NCBI GenBank assembly: GCA_007129255.1
Contig: SKVW01000018.1
Coordinates: 261-64,260 of the forward strand
Length of the DNA stretch: 64,000 nucleotides
Direction: 5' to 3'
From: Bacteroidales bacterium
GTDB taxonomy: Bacteria; Bacteroidota; Bacteroidia; Bacteroidales; UBA7960
How positions within the stretch are numbered: position 1 is the first letter of the stretch; the number at the start of each line of letters is the position of its first letter. The notes beneath the pieces are model-generated. The model was given only the letters and a program-made list of their open reading frames with translations. It was not told the DNA's origin and searched no databases. Below are positions 37,336 through 45,288 of this stretch, one piece after another. The position numbers and the translations under genes are program-made.

Positions 37336-38256
37336 ATGGTAAAAGGGAGAAACTTATTTTTTTTCAGGATGGGAACCATCATTTTGTTGATGATCTTTGC
37401 TTTTCCGGGTGAATTAAAGAGTGCTCCTCAAAATTTAAGTGCTGAAGAATATTTTAACCGGACTTTATTGTCCTTATACCAATTTGATTTTCAAAAGGCC
37501 GACTCCCTTTCCTCTTTGATGAATGCTCATCACCCCGGGCATTACCTGAGTGCTTTTTCCCGAACCCATTACTACTGGTGGATGCTCATTTCCCACGCCG
37601 AGCCCAAACCATGGGAGGAAAAATACGCAGGGAGTGTTGCCCACTCCATTGCCGCCATTGATCCGGTAATTGAAAGATCGTTTACTTACAATGATGTCTT
37701 TTATTTTATAAATATCTATGCCATGCAGGCCCGCCTGAGCCTGAAAAACGGGAAACTGATCCGCACCATGCAAAGCCTGAGGAATTGCATCTACCATTTG
37801 GAACTCTCTTTTGGAAGAGAGCATATCCATTCGGGGTTTTATCTTACCTCAGGATTATACAATTACATGACGGCTCATGCAGTAAAAAAGTACCCGTTTC
37901 TGCGGCTTTACGCGCTGTTTTATCCGGAGGGTGATCAGTCATTGGGATTGGAGCAAATCATAATGGCCGCCCAAAGTGAAAATGATGTCTGGAAAACGGA
38001 AGCAAGGTATTTGCTGATGCGGCTTTACCTTGAGGTTGAAGAGAACCCTGGTAAAGCACTGGAATACGCCTTATGGCTGACTGAAGAATATCCTTTAAAC
38101 CTTATTTACCGTTATTATCATTTGCTGATTTTGAAAAATCTGGACAAAGAAGATCAGGTGGTTTTAATAAAGGAAGAACTGGGAGCCATGGCCCGGGCCA
38201 ACCGAAACATCAGCAGCGAGCAGCGGGATTACTTTCTTGAACTAAAAAAGCAATAA
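37336..38256 (+). CDS. Hypothetical secreted helical-repeat protein
   Basis: It starts 4 nt after the preceding stop codon. It has a hydrophobic N-terminus (GTIILLMIFAFPG) and is alpha-helical and Tyr/Leu-rich. No family was recognised. Confidence 0.55.
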   Translation: MVKGRNLFFFRMGTIILLMIFAFPGELKSAPQNLSAEEYFNRTLLSLYQFDFQKADSLSSLMNAHHPGHYLSAFSRTHYYWWMLISHAEPKPWEEKYAGSVAHSIAAIDPVIERSFTYNDVFYFINIYAMQARLSLKNGKLIRTMQSLRNCIYHLELSFGREHIHSGFYLTSGLYNYMTAHAVKKYPFLRLYALFYPEGDQSLGLEQIIMAAQSENDVWKTEARYLLMRLYLEVEENPGKALEYALWLTEEYPLNLIYRYYHLLILKNLDKEDQVVLIKEELGAMARANRNISSEQRDYFLELKKQ

Positions 38257-38262
38257 AAAAAA

Positions 38263-38301
38263 CGGCTTTTTTGCCTGCACAAAGGCAGAACAAAAAAGCC
38301 G
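38263..38301. terminator. Bidirectional terminator hairpin between convergent genes
   Basis: CGGCTTTTTTG (38263-38273) pairs with CAAAAAAGCCG (38291-38301). An inner TGCC/GGCA pairing and A/T runs on both sides are present. Confidence 0.6.
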
Positions 38302-38323
38302 CATCATTTTCCAAACGGGTGGT

Positions 38324-38746
38324 TTACCACATGAAGAACCTCGGATTATCAACATACTTGCTGATATCGTCCTCTACAACGGCAATAAGGAGTACTACCC
38401 AGTCGACAAATGCAACAATACCGCATCCCCCAAGGGTAAGGATGTATCCGATGAGCGTACCGGTAGAGGTACCCAGGTAAGCCCGGTGAATACCCAAAGG
38501 ACCCAGAAACCAAGCCAAAACAAATGCAACAGCAGGTTGTTTTTGTTGCTGAAGCATGGCATGGCTGGAAGTGGATGCGCCTGCAAGGGGCGCCATAGTG
38601 TTCATGGCCAGGAAGTCAACTGGCTCTGCCTGGGCAAACATTTCATCTACTGCCGCTTCGTTCAGGCGGTAATTGCTGCTGGCTTCCGCATTAAATGCAA
38701 AAACCCCCAATAAAACCACCAGTGCAAAAGTGAATACTTTCTTCAT
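38324..38746 (-). CDS. TM2-domain membrane protein
   Basis: A signal peptide (MKKVFTFALVVLLGVFAFNA) and a TM2-like core (AFVLAWFLGPLGIHRAYLG...GCGIVAFVDWVVLL). The ATG at 38746 is preferred. Confidence 0.78.
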   Translation of the reverse strand: MKKVFTFALVVLLGVFAFNAEASSNYRLNEAAVDEMFAQAEPVDFLAMNTMAPLAGASTSSHAMLQQQKQPAVAFVLAWFLGPLGIHRAYLGTSTGTLIGYILTLGGCGIVAFVDWVVLLIAVVEDDISKYVDNPRFFMW

Positions 38747-38840
38747 AAACGTTGGTTTAGTTAATAAAATTTGTAAACAAAATAATTTATTACTTCCACA
38801 AAAATATGTTTTTTTTAACAAAAGTTTTAATTTTTAAAAA

Positions 38841-38876
38841 AAATAATAAAAAAAAGCCGGATTCCATGCCCCGGCT
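38841..38876 (-). terminator. Rho-independent terminator of the peroxiredoxin gene
   Basis: On the minus strand, AGCCGG-N10-CCGGCT is followed by a long U-run (the plus-strand A-run at 38841-38855). Confidence 0.6.
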
Positions 38877-38900
38877 TTTTAAAATAATGGATCGGACAGG

Positions 38901-39593
38901 TTATTTCTCCTTCCGAAAACACATAAACCAATCTAAGCAATACTGATCTTCGTTTTTGCTTTCTACCCGGTCCTTTGCCGTGCCGCAGGATCCGGGAGGG
39001 GGAATGATCACATCATCACCCGGCTGCCAGTTGGCAGGTGTTGCAATTTGCTCCTTGTCGGCCTTTTGCATGGCAATGATCATGCGCTTGATCTCATCCA
39101 TGTTGCGGCCCGTACTTAATGGGTAGTACAAAATTGCCCTGACTTTGGCTTCAGGATCCATAATGAATACGGCCCTTACTGCCTGTGTAGTGGACGCATT
39201 GGGCTGCACCATTCCAAATTTCCTGGAAACGTCCATTTTCAGGTCTTCAATTACCGGGAAATTCACTTCCACATCTTTCATTCCTTTAAACTCGATCTTT
39301 TCCTTTATGGTGCGCAACCATGCAATGTGGGCATAAATACTGTCGATGGATAACCCAATCAACTCCGTGTTCAGCTTGCGAAAGTCTTCCTGCATGGTGG
39401 CAAAGGTCATGAACTCAGTGGTACATACCGGGGTGAAGTCTGCCGGATGACTGAAAAGAATGACCCATTTGCCCGTGTAGTCCTCGGGAAAATTTAACGG
39501 CCCCATGGTTGTTTTGGCTTTGAATGAAGGGGCGGGATCGCCGATCAACGGCATTCTTACGGTTTCTTCCTGAATTACATCTTTTTCTTCCAT
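38901..39593 (-). CDS. Peroxiredoxin (Prx6-like / 1-Cys type)
   Basis: The peroxidatic Cys motif FSHPADFTPVCTTEF; about 230 aa. Confidence 0.92.
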   Translation of the reverse strand: MEEKDVIQEETVRMPLIGDPAPSFKAKTTMGPLNFPEDYTGKWVILFSHPADFTPVCTTEFMTFATMQEDFRKLNTELIGLSIDSIYAHIAWLRTIKEKIEFKGMKDVEVNFPVIEDLKMDVSRKFGMVQPNASTTQAVRAVFIMDPEAKVRAILYYPLSTGRNMDEIKRMIIAMQKADKEQIATPANWQPGDDVIIPPPGSCGTAKDRVESKNEDQYCLDWFMCFRKEK

Positions 39594-39687
39594 ATCAATT
39601 TTAATTTTAAAAGTTATTTTTATTTAATCCCTGATAGGGTGATAATGTTTTTTTCAAATTGTTCTTTAAAACCTTAAAGGATTTAAA

Positions 39688-39706
39688 TCTCATAAAAATT
39701 ATGAGA
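39688..39706. promoter_or_regulatory. Perfect 8-3-8 palindrome upstream of the peroxiredoxin gene (candidate operator)
   Basis: TCTCATAA-AAA-TTATGAGA lies 95-113 nt upstream of the prx ATG, in the prx/tricorn divergent intergenic region. Confidence 0.35.
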
Positions 39707-40000
39707 GAAGGCCGTTTTACAGGGCCCTATAATTTGCCAAACAACAAAGATGCGGAGTTTGTTCGCTTTTGAAGAAAAAATTCTTTATTATTGTGCAGCG
39801 GAAGGGTCTAAAAAATATTTAGATTATTTTTTTTCGGAGTTAAAGAAACAGAATCACTTATTTTTGTTTTTGCTTCTTTATAATTTTTAATGACTTGGAT
39901 CCAATATTGGATTAGCATTTTTTGCAGGGGTGCTGAAAAAAATGAATATCCTATCAACTGTTCTTACGCTTTTTTTATATATCCATTAAAATTATTTTTT

Positions 40001-43000
40001 ATGAAAAAGTTTTTCCTGTTTGTTGCAAGCTGCATGATCAGTGTGCTTGTTCTGGGTGCTTCTATGGAAGAAGTCCGTTTGATGCGTTTTCCGGCGATCC
40101 ATGGTGATCAGGTTGTCTTTTCCTATGCCGGTGACCTGTATACGGTCGAACGCGATGGAGGGGTTGCCCGTAAACTGACCAGCCATGTTGGTTATGAAAT
40201 GTTTGCCAGATTCAGCCCTGACGGGGAGCATATCGCCTTTACCGGTCAATATGATGGCAATACGGAGGTTTTTGTTATGCCCGCAGGGGGCGGAGTGCCA
40301 ATCCGGTTAACTTACACCGCAACCCTTTCACGCGATGACATTTCTGATCGGATGGGCCCCAATAACATCGTGATGGGTTGGAAGGACAATGAAACAATTA
40401 TCTTCCGTTCAAGGAAGCAATCTTTCAATGCCTTTAAAGGCGGGTTGTTTCTTGTCAGTATTCATGGCGGACTGCCGGAGCAGATCCCCGTGCCCGAAGG
40501 AGCCTGGATCAACTATGCCGAAGATGGTGAAAGTTTTATTTATAATCGTGTTTTTCGGGAGTTTCGCACCTGGAAATATTACCAGGGAGGCATGGCCGAT
40601 GATCTGTGGTTGCATGACCTGAATGAGCGCACAACAGAGAACCTTACCCAAAATGAATCCCAGGACATTTTCCCCATGTGGAGGGGTGAGAATGTTTACT
40701 TTGCTTCTGACCGCGATGGCCGTATGAATCTGTTTGTTTACAACCTGGAGACAGCGCAGACCAGGAAGCTCACCCATTTCGAAGATTTTGACGTGAAGTT
40801 TCCTTCCATGGGAGGTAGTGAAATTATCTTTGAGAACGGTGGCTTTCTTTACATTTTTGATACTGAGGCAGAAACCATAGAAAAAATTAATGTTTACATT
40901 GCCGAAGATTTTGCTGCGGGGCGCGATCAGCGTGTAGATGCCAGCGAATTTATACAAACCGCCTCTCTGGCGTCAGATGGCAGCCGTGTTGCTTTCGGGG
41001 CAAGAGGAGATGTGTGGAGTGTCCCTGCAAAAAGCGGAATAACCCGGAATCTTACCAAAACTTCCGGAATACACGAAAGAAACGTCACCTGGTCGCCAGA
41101 CGGACAATATGTAGCCTTTATATCTGACAAAACCGGTGAAGATGAGATCTATATTCAGCAGCAGGACGGCAAAGAAGAAGCCATTCAGCTCACTACCGAT
41201 GCCGATACCTACAAGTACCGCCTGAGCTGGTCGCCCGATGCCACCAAGCTGCTCTGGGCAGATAAAAAGCTTCGCCTGCAATATGTGGATATTGAATCGA
41301 AGGAAGTTACCCTTGTGGATCAGGCTGAGGCCTGGGAATTTTCGCAATATGCCTGGTCGCCCGACAGCCGGTGGGTCACATTCACCCGGCCCGAAACAGA
41401 GCACTACAGCAGGATCTTTCTTTATAACCTTGAAACCACTGAAAAATTTTCTGTTACCGATGGTTGGTATGATTCTTCCCATCCTGCTTTCTGCGATGAG
41501 GGCAAATACCTGTTTTTTGTTTCCAACCGGGATTTCAACCCCATATACAGCCGCACGGAGTGGAACCATGCCTATACCGACATGAGCCGGATCTACTTTG
41601 TAACCCTCAGGGAGGAGGTCTCTTCTTTTCTTGAACCCCACAACGACGAAGTGTCTGTTTCCAGCCGAAACGAAAACGAAGAGCAGGTTGCAGGAAGCAA
41701 TCCCGAAAATATCATTATTGACAAGGAAAATATCACCAACCGCATTGCGGTGCTTCCCATCGATGTTTCCACTTATTTTGGGATCACGGTAGTTAATGGT
41801 CATATTTATTATATGAAGAGATCACATGGGGATTCCCGCTCCAGCCTGATGATGTTTAAAATGGAGGACAAAAAAGAAACGAAGCTTGGGGAGTTTGAAG
41901 GATATCAGATCAGCGCCGACCAGAAAAAGATGCTGCTTTCTGACCGTGGCCGCTATGCGGTAATTGACCTGCCCCGTTCATCTGTTTCCATTGATGAACA
42001 CATCGACCTTTCCAACATGAAGGTTTGGGTAAACCTCAGAAAAGAGTGGATTCAGATTTACAACGAAACCTGGCGGCAGATGCGTGATTTCTTCTATGCA
42101 CCCAACATGCATGGGGTGGATTGGGAAGAGATGCGCGAAAAGTACTTACCCCTGGTGCATCATGTGAATAACAGGCTTGACCTTACCTATGTGCTTGGAG
42201 AGATGGTTGGCGAACTCAACGTTGGCCATGCATATGTTGGGGGAGGAGATGTACCCAAGCCCGATCGTATAAAAATGGGTCTGCTTGGGGCCGAACTCAG
42301 CCGGCATGAATCGGGTTTCTACCGAATTGAGAGGATACTGAAGGGAGAAAACTGGAATCCTTCCCGCCGCTCACCACTTACAGAAATCGGAGTGGATGTC
42401 AGCGAAGGAGATTATATCATTGCCGTAAATGGACGTCCGGTCAGCAGAATGCACAACATTTACGAGTCACTGATCGGGAAAGCCGGACAGCAGGTAGAAC
42501 TTACCCTAAACGATCGACCCGGCAAAGAGGATACCAGAAAAGCAATTGTGGTGCCCGTGGAGGATGAAGCGGACCTTTATTATTACAACTGGGTGCAGGA
42601 AAATATCCGCAAGGTAAACGAAGCCACCGGCGGGAAGGTAGGATATATTCATGTTCCTGATATGGGACCCGGAGGTCTGAATGAATTTGTGAAGCATTTT
42701 TACCCCCAGTTGCGTAAAAAAGCCCTGATTATTGATGTCAGGGGTAATGGAGGCGGAAATGTTTCGCCCATGCTCATTGAAAGGCTGAACAGGGAACTTA
42801 CTTCCCTTTCCATGTCGCGAAACGCAGCACCCGGCACCCGCCCGTCACAGATCCATCTGGGTCCGAAGGTCTGCCTTATCGACCGCTATTCTGCCTCCGA
42901 TGGAGACCTTTTCCCTTATCAGTTCAGAAAACTGAACATTGGCCCGCTGATCGGAACCACAACCTGGGGCGGGGTAGTCGGCATCCGTGGCTCGTTACCG

Positions 43001-43243
43001 TTTATTGACGGGGGCACCCTTTCCAAACCTGAATTCGCACCTTATGACATACACGGAGAGGAGTGGATCATTGAAGGAATTGGAGTAGAACCGGATATTT
43101 ACGTTGACAACGATCCCGCCAAGGAATTTGAGGGGATTGACCAGCAGCTGAACAGGGGCATTGAAGAGATATTGGAACTTATGGAAGATTATGATCAGGA
43201 GATCCATCCTGTTCCGGACTTTCCTGACCGTTCCCGACAGTAA
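40001..43243 (+). CDS. Tricorn-protease-like S41 peptidase (beta-propellers, PDZ, C-terminal peptidase domain)
   Basis: A signal peptide from the ATG at 40001, RFPAIHGDQVVFSYAGDLY, repeated WSPDG/FSPDG propeller motifs, a PDZ-like segment, and DVRGNGGG...SASDGD in the C-terminal domain. Confidence 0.88.
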   Translation: MKKFFLFVASCMISVLVLGASMEEVRLMRFPAIHGDQVVFSYAGDLYTVERDGGVARKLTSHVGYEMFARFSPDGEHIAFTGQYDGNTEVFVMPAGGGVPIRLTYTATLSRDDISDRMGPNNIVMGWKDNETIIFRSRKQSFNAFKGGLFLVSIHGGLPEQIPVPEGAWINYAEDGESFIYNRVFREFRTWKYYQGGMADDLWLHDLNERTTENLTQNESQDIFPMWRGENVYFASDRDGRMNLFVYNLETAQTRKLTHFEDFDVKFPSMGGSEIIFENGGFLYIFDTEAETIEKINVYIAEDFAAGRDQRVDASEFIQTASLASDGSRVAFGARGDVWSVPAKSGITRNLTKTSGIHERNVTWSPDGQYVAFISDKTGEDEIYIQQQDGKEEAIQLTTDADTYKYRLSWSPDATKLLWADKKLRLQYVDIESKEVTLVDQAEAWEFSQYAWSPDSRWVTFTRPETEHYSRIFLYNLETTEKFSVTDGWYDSSHPAFCDEGKYLFFVSNRDFNPIYSRTEWNHAYTDMSRIYFVTLREEVSSFLEPHNDEVSVSSRNENEEQVAGSNPENIIIDKENITNRIAVLPIDVSTYFGITVVNGHIYYMKRSHGDSRSSLMMFKMEDKKETKLGEFEGYQISADQKKMLLSDRGRYAVIDLPRSSVSIDEHIDLSNMKVWVNLRKEWIQIYNETWRQMRDFFYAPNMHGVDWEEMREKYLPLVHHVNNRLDLTYVLGEMVGELNVGHAYVGGGDVPKPDRIKMGLLGAELSRHESGFYRIERILKGENWNPSRRSPLTEIGVDVSEGDYIIAVNGRPVSRMHNIYESLIGKAGQQVELTLNDRPGKEDTRKAIVVPVEDEADLYYYNWVQENIRKVNEATGGKVGYIHVPDMGPGGLNEFVKHFYPQLRKKALIIDVRGNGGGNVSPMLIERLNRELTSLSMSRNAAPGTRPSQIHLGPKVCLIDRYSASDGDLFPYQFRKLNIGPLIGTTTWGGVVGIRGSLPFIDGGTLSKPEFAPYDIHGEEWIIEGIGVEPDIYVDNDPAKEFEGIDQQLNRGIEEILELMEDYDQEIHPVPDFPDRSRQ

Positions 43244-43282
43244 TAACTTCCGGAAGGCAGTTGATTGTAAGGGATAATAAAA

Positions 43283-43320
43283 ACAGGCCCGCAGCATGAT
43301 GATCTGCGGGCCTGTTTTTA
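43283..43320 (+). terminator. Rho-independent terminator
   Basis: A 12-bp perfect stem, ACAGGCCCGCAG (43283-43294) with CTGCGGGCCTGT (43304-43315), has a 9-nt loop and is followed by TTTT. Confidence 0.85.
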
Positions 43321-43406
43321 TCTGGTTTTTAATTGGTTAAGGAACAAAAAAATCAGCAACCAATGGGTTTCAGGTTTTTTAACCGGACCGGAAAGGGTCA
43401 GCCGGC

Positions 43407-43769
43407 CTAGAGGGTAGGATAAAAAGCGTCTTCAATATGGTTTACCTGGTATTTATCCCCTTTAAATAAAACCCCTATGATGTCAAAACGTACTTCCAGA
43501 TCCAGGTCTTTTTTGATAAGGTAATGATTGGCCGCTTTGATCAGCATTCTTTGCTTGCTTTTGGAGACAAACTCTTCGGGTTCTCCAAAAAAGCTGGTAC
43601 GGCGGGTTTTTACCTCTACCACCACCAGCACCTCCTCTTTTTTTGCGATGATATCTATTTCCAGGTGATCCGAAAACCAATTGGCTTCCAGCACCTCATA
43701 GCCTTTTTGGCGCAGGTAACCAATGGCAATGGCTTCGCCTTCTTTGCCGGTTTGATGAAAATCTGCCAT
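43407..43769 (-). CDS. YraN-family (UPF0102) endonuclease-like protein
   Basis: Pattern GKEGEAIAIGYLRQKGYEVLEANW...EIDIIA...VVVEVKTR. Confidence 0.88.
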   Translation of the reverse strand: MADFHQTGKEGEAIAIGYLRQKGYEVLEANWFSDHLEIDIIAKKEEVLVVVEVKTRRTSFFGEPEEFVSKSKQRMLIKAANHYLIKKDLDLEVRFDIIGVLFKGDKYQVNHIEDAFYPTL

Positions 43770-43802
43770 TGGCTTTTTTGTAAGTTTCTTAATTCCAGGC
43801 AG

Positions 43803-44057
43803 TTAATTTTCCGGAAAAAGCTCAAGCTCAAAAAACTCCATGATGGGGTTAGCCAGCAGTTTTTTACAGGCGGTTTCCACCTTTTGCCGGGCTTGTTCCT
43901 CATCAGGTGCATCCACTTCCAGGGTGATGTGCTTGCCTACCCTTACATTTCCGATCTCCGGAAGGTCAAGGTTCTTCATGCTTGCGGTGATGGCTTTTCC
44001 CTGCGGGTCCAGCAGGGCTTTCAGGGGCATTACGTTAATCTCTGCGCGAAACTTCAT
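43803..44057 (-). CDS. purS: Phosphoribosylformylglycinamidine synthase subunit PurS
   Basis: An 84-aa protein with V.PLKALLDPQGKAI...L...VRVGKHI.L. Confidence 0.88.
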   Translation of the reverse strand: MKFRAEINVMPLKALLDPQGKAITASMKNLDLPEIGNVRVGKHITLEVDAPDEEQARQKVETACKKLLANPIMEFFELELFPEN

Positions 44058-44066
44058 TTTGCTGTT

Positions 44067-44825
44067 TTAAATTTGATGGGAGTGGTTGCCGGGGTTTTCC
44101 CCGGGCTGATTCATAAAATGTTCGATCAGCGACAAAATTATGTAAAAAATCATTATCAGGGGAAAAGCTTCCAGGCCGAATATCAACAAAAAAACCAGGG
44201 AACCGCCAAGGAAAAAATATCGTATCCGGTTTTCCCTGAATGATAAAGATTTAACTTTCAGGGAAAACATCCGGAATGGGGACACCAGCAACCAGGAAAA
44301 AAACAATACGATGGCTGCAAAAATAAAAGGGCTGGAAACCAAGTCCAGGATGATTCCATAAATCATACCCTGTTTGGCTGAATAGGCCAGGACAAAGGCC
44401 ATGGAGCAAAAAAACAGTGCGTTGGCCGGGGCAGGCAGGCCGATAAAGGATTCGGTCTGTCTGGAATCGATGTTGAAAATGGCCAGCCTGAGGCCGGAAA
44501 AAACGGCCAGAAAAAATGCCAGGAAAGGGAAAACAATACGCAGGCTTTCGTGGTTAAATACCAGTGAAGCCTCACTTAAATAATAATAGGCAATGGCAGC
44601 CGGGGCCACCCCAAAGCTAACCAGGTCGGCCAGGGAGTCGAGTTGCTGTCCCATGGCAGAGCCGGCCCGGAGCAAGCGGGCTGCCATACCATCCATAAAA
44701 TCCAGAATGGAACCGATGATGATAAAAATGGCCGCAATACCGGGCTGCCCCTCAATGGCCAATACAATGGCCACGCAACCAAGAAATAAATTGATGAGGG
44801 TGATAATATTGGGAATTTTTTTCAT
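44067..44825 (-). CDS. pssA: CDP-diacylglycerol--serine O-phosphatidyltransferase
   Basis: The CDP-alcohol phosphatidyltransferase motif DFMDGMAARLLRAGSAMGQQLDSLADLVSFG. Polytopic membrane protein. Confidence 0.88.
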   Translation of the reverse strand: MKKIPNIITLINLFLGCVAIVLAIEGQPGIAAIFIIIGSILDFMDGMAARLLRAGSAMGQQLDSLADLVSFGVAPAAIAYYYLSEASLVFNHESLRIVFPFLAFFLAVFSGLRLAIFNIDSRQTESFIGLPAPANALFFCSMAFVLAYSAKQGMIYGIILDLVSSPFIFAAIVLFFSWLLVSPFRMFSLKVKSLSFRENRIRYFFLGGSLVFLLIFGLEAFPLIMIFYIILSLIEHFMNQPGENPGNHSHQI

Positions 44826-44863
44826 GGTGTGGATCTTTATAGCAAAGTTTTAAAAACCGGTTT

Positions 44864-45112
44864 ATGACACAAAAAGAATTTGAACAGGCCCCACTTAAAG
44901 AAAAAGTGTACCGGGTGTTTGAAAAGGGAAAGGAGATCACTTCCCGCCAGTTTCTGCACTTTAACATCAAACTTTACACCCTTTACGGCTTTTATGTCGA
45001 AGTTTGGTATGTGCCTGCTGCCAACAAAATTGACAGGGTGGAAACCCTGAGTGTTGACGAAATTCTGAGTATTTACAAAAACCAGTTTGATATTTCCAAA
45101 CTGCTAAAATAA
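44864..45112 (+). CDS. Hypothetical small protein (82 aa)
   Basis: A clean ORF divergent from pssA. No family was recognised. Confidence 0.5.
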   Translation: MTQKEFEQAPLKEKVYRVFEKGKEITSRQFLHFNIKLYTLYGFYVEVWYVPAANKIDRVETLSVDEILSIYKNQFDISKLLK

Positions 45113-45195
45113 TGAGTTTTTTATACCGGTAAAGCTTTTCCGGCATTTTTCTCCCCTTTTTTTCCTGCGGTTTTTTCTTAAACTTTTTTCCTGCG

Positions 45196-45226
45196 TTTGG
45201 TTTTTCAGGCGAACTGTATATTTTTG
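45196..45226 (+). promoter_or_regulatory. Bacteroidota sigma-A-type promoter candidate for the DPP-IV gene
   Basis: TTTG (45196-45199), a 19-nt spacer, then TATTTTTG (45219-45226, matching TAnnTTTG). It lies about 60 nt upstream of the ATG at 45289. Confidence 0.5.
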
Positions 45227-45288
45227 TAGGCGCTTAGTTAGCCAACCGTTTATTTTAAAAGCCATATAAACCCCTAACCAAAACCTAT

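Noticed and set aside
39890-40000. N-terminal extensions in the ORF track from the longest ATG/GTG/TTG start. The extended starts are 39890 for tricorn, 58254 rpoC, 51090 secE, 31865 PPK2, 21270 beta-barrel, 28755 kdsB, 38821 TM2, 16011 ftsL-like, 17378 mraZ, 8215 murG and 35089 YidD-like.
   Set aside because: In each case a downstream ATG restores a canonical N-terminus or signal peptide. The extension either overlaps the upstream gene, a tRNA or an operator array, or encodes implausible sequence.
40973-41803. Long antisense ORFs inside well-supported genes. Examples: 40973-41803 in the tricorn gene, 50333-51058 in tuf, 59259-59996 in rpoC, 43524-44243 across yraN/purS/pssA, 13473-14210 in ftsI, and 2663-3337 in ftsZ.
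   Set aside because: These are shadow ORFs opposite strongly conserved coding frames. Their translations are low-complexity or compositionally odd and carry no recognisable motifs.
45158-45195. Direct repeat TTTTTTCCTGCG at 45158-45169 and 45184-45195, upstream of the DPP-IV promoter.
   Set aside because: It is short and T-rich, with only two copies at non-helical 26-bp spacing in a low-complexity intergenic tract. It is probably chance or UP-element-like AT/T richness.
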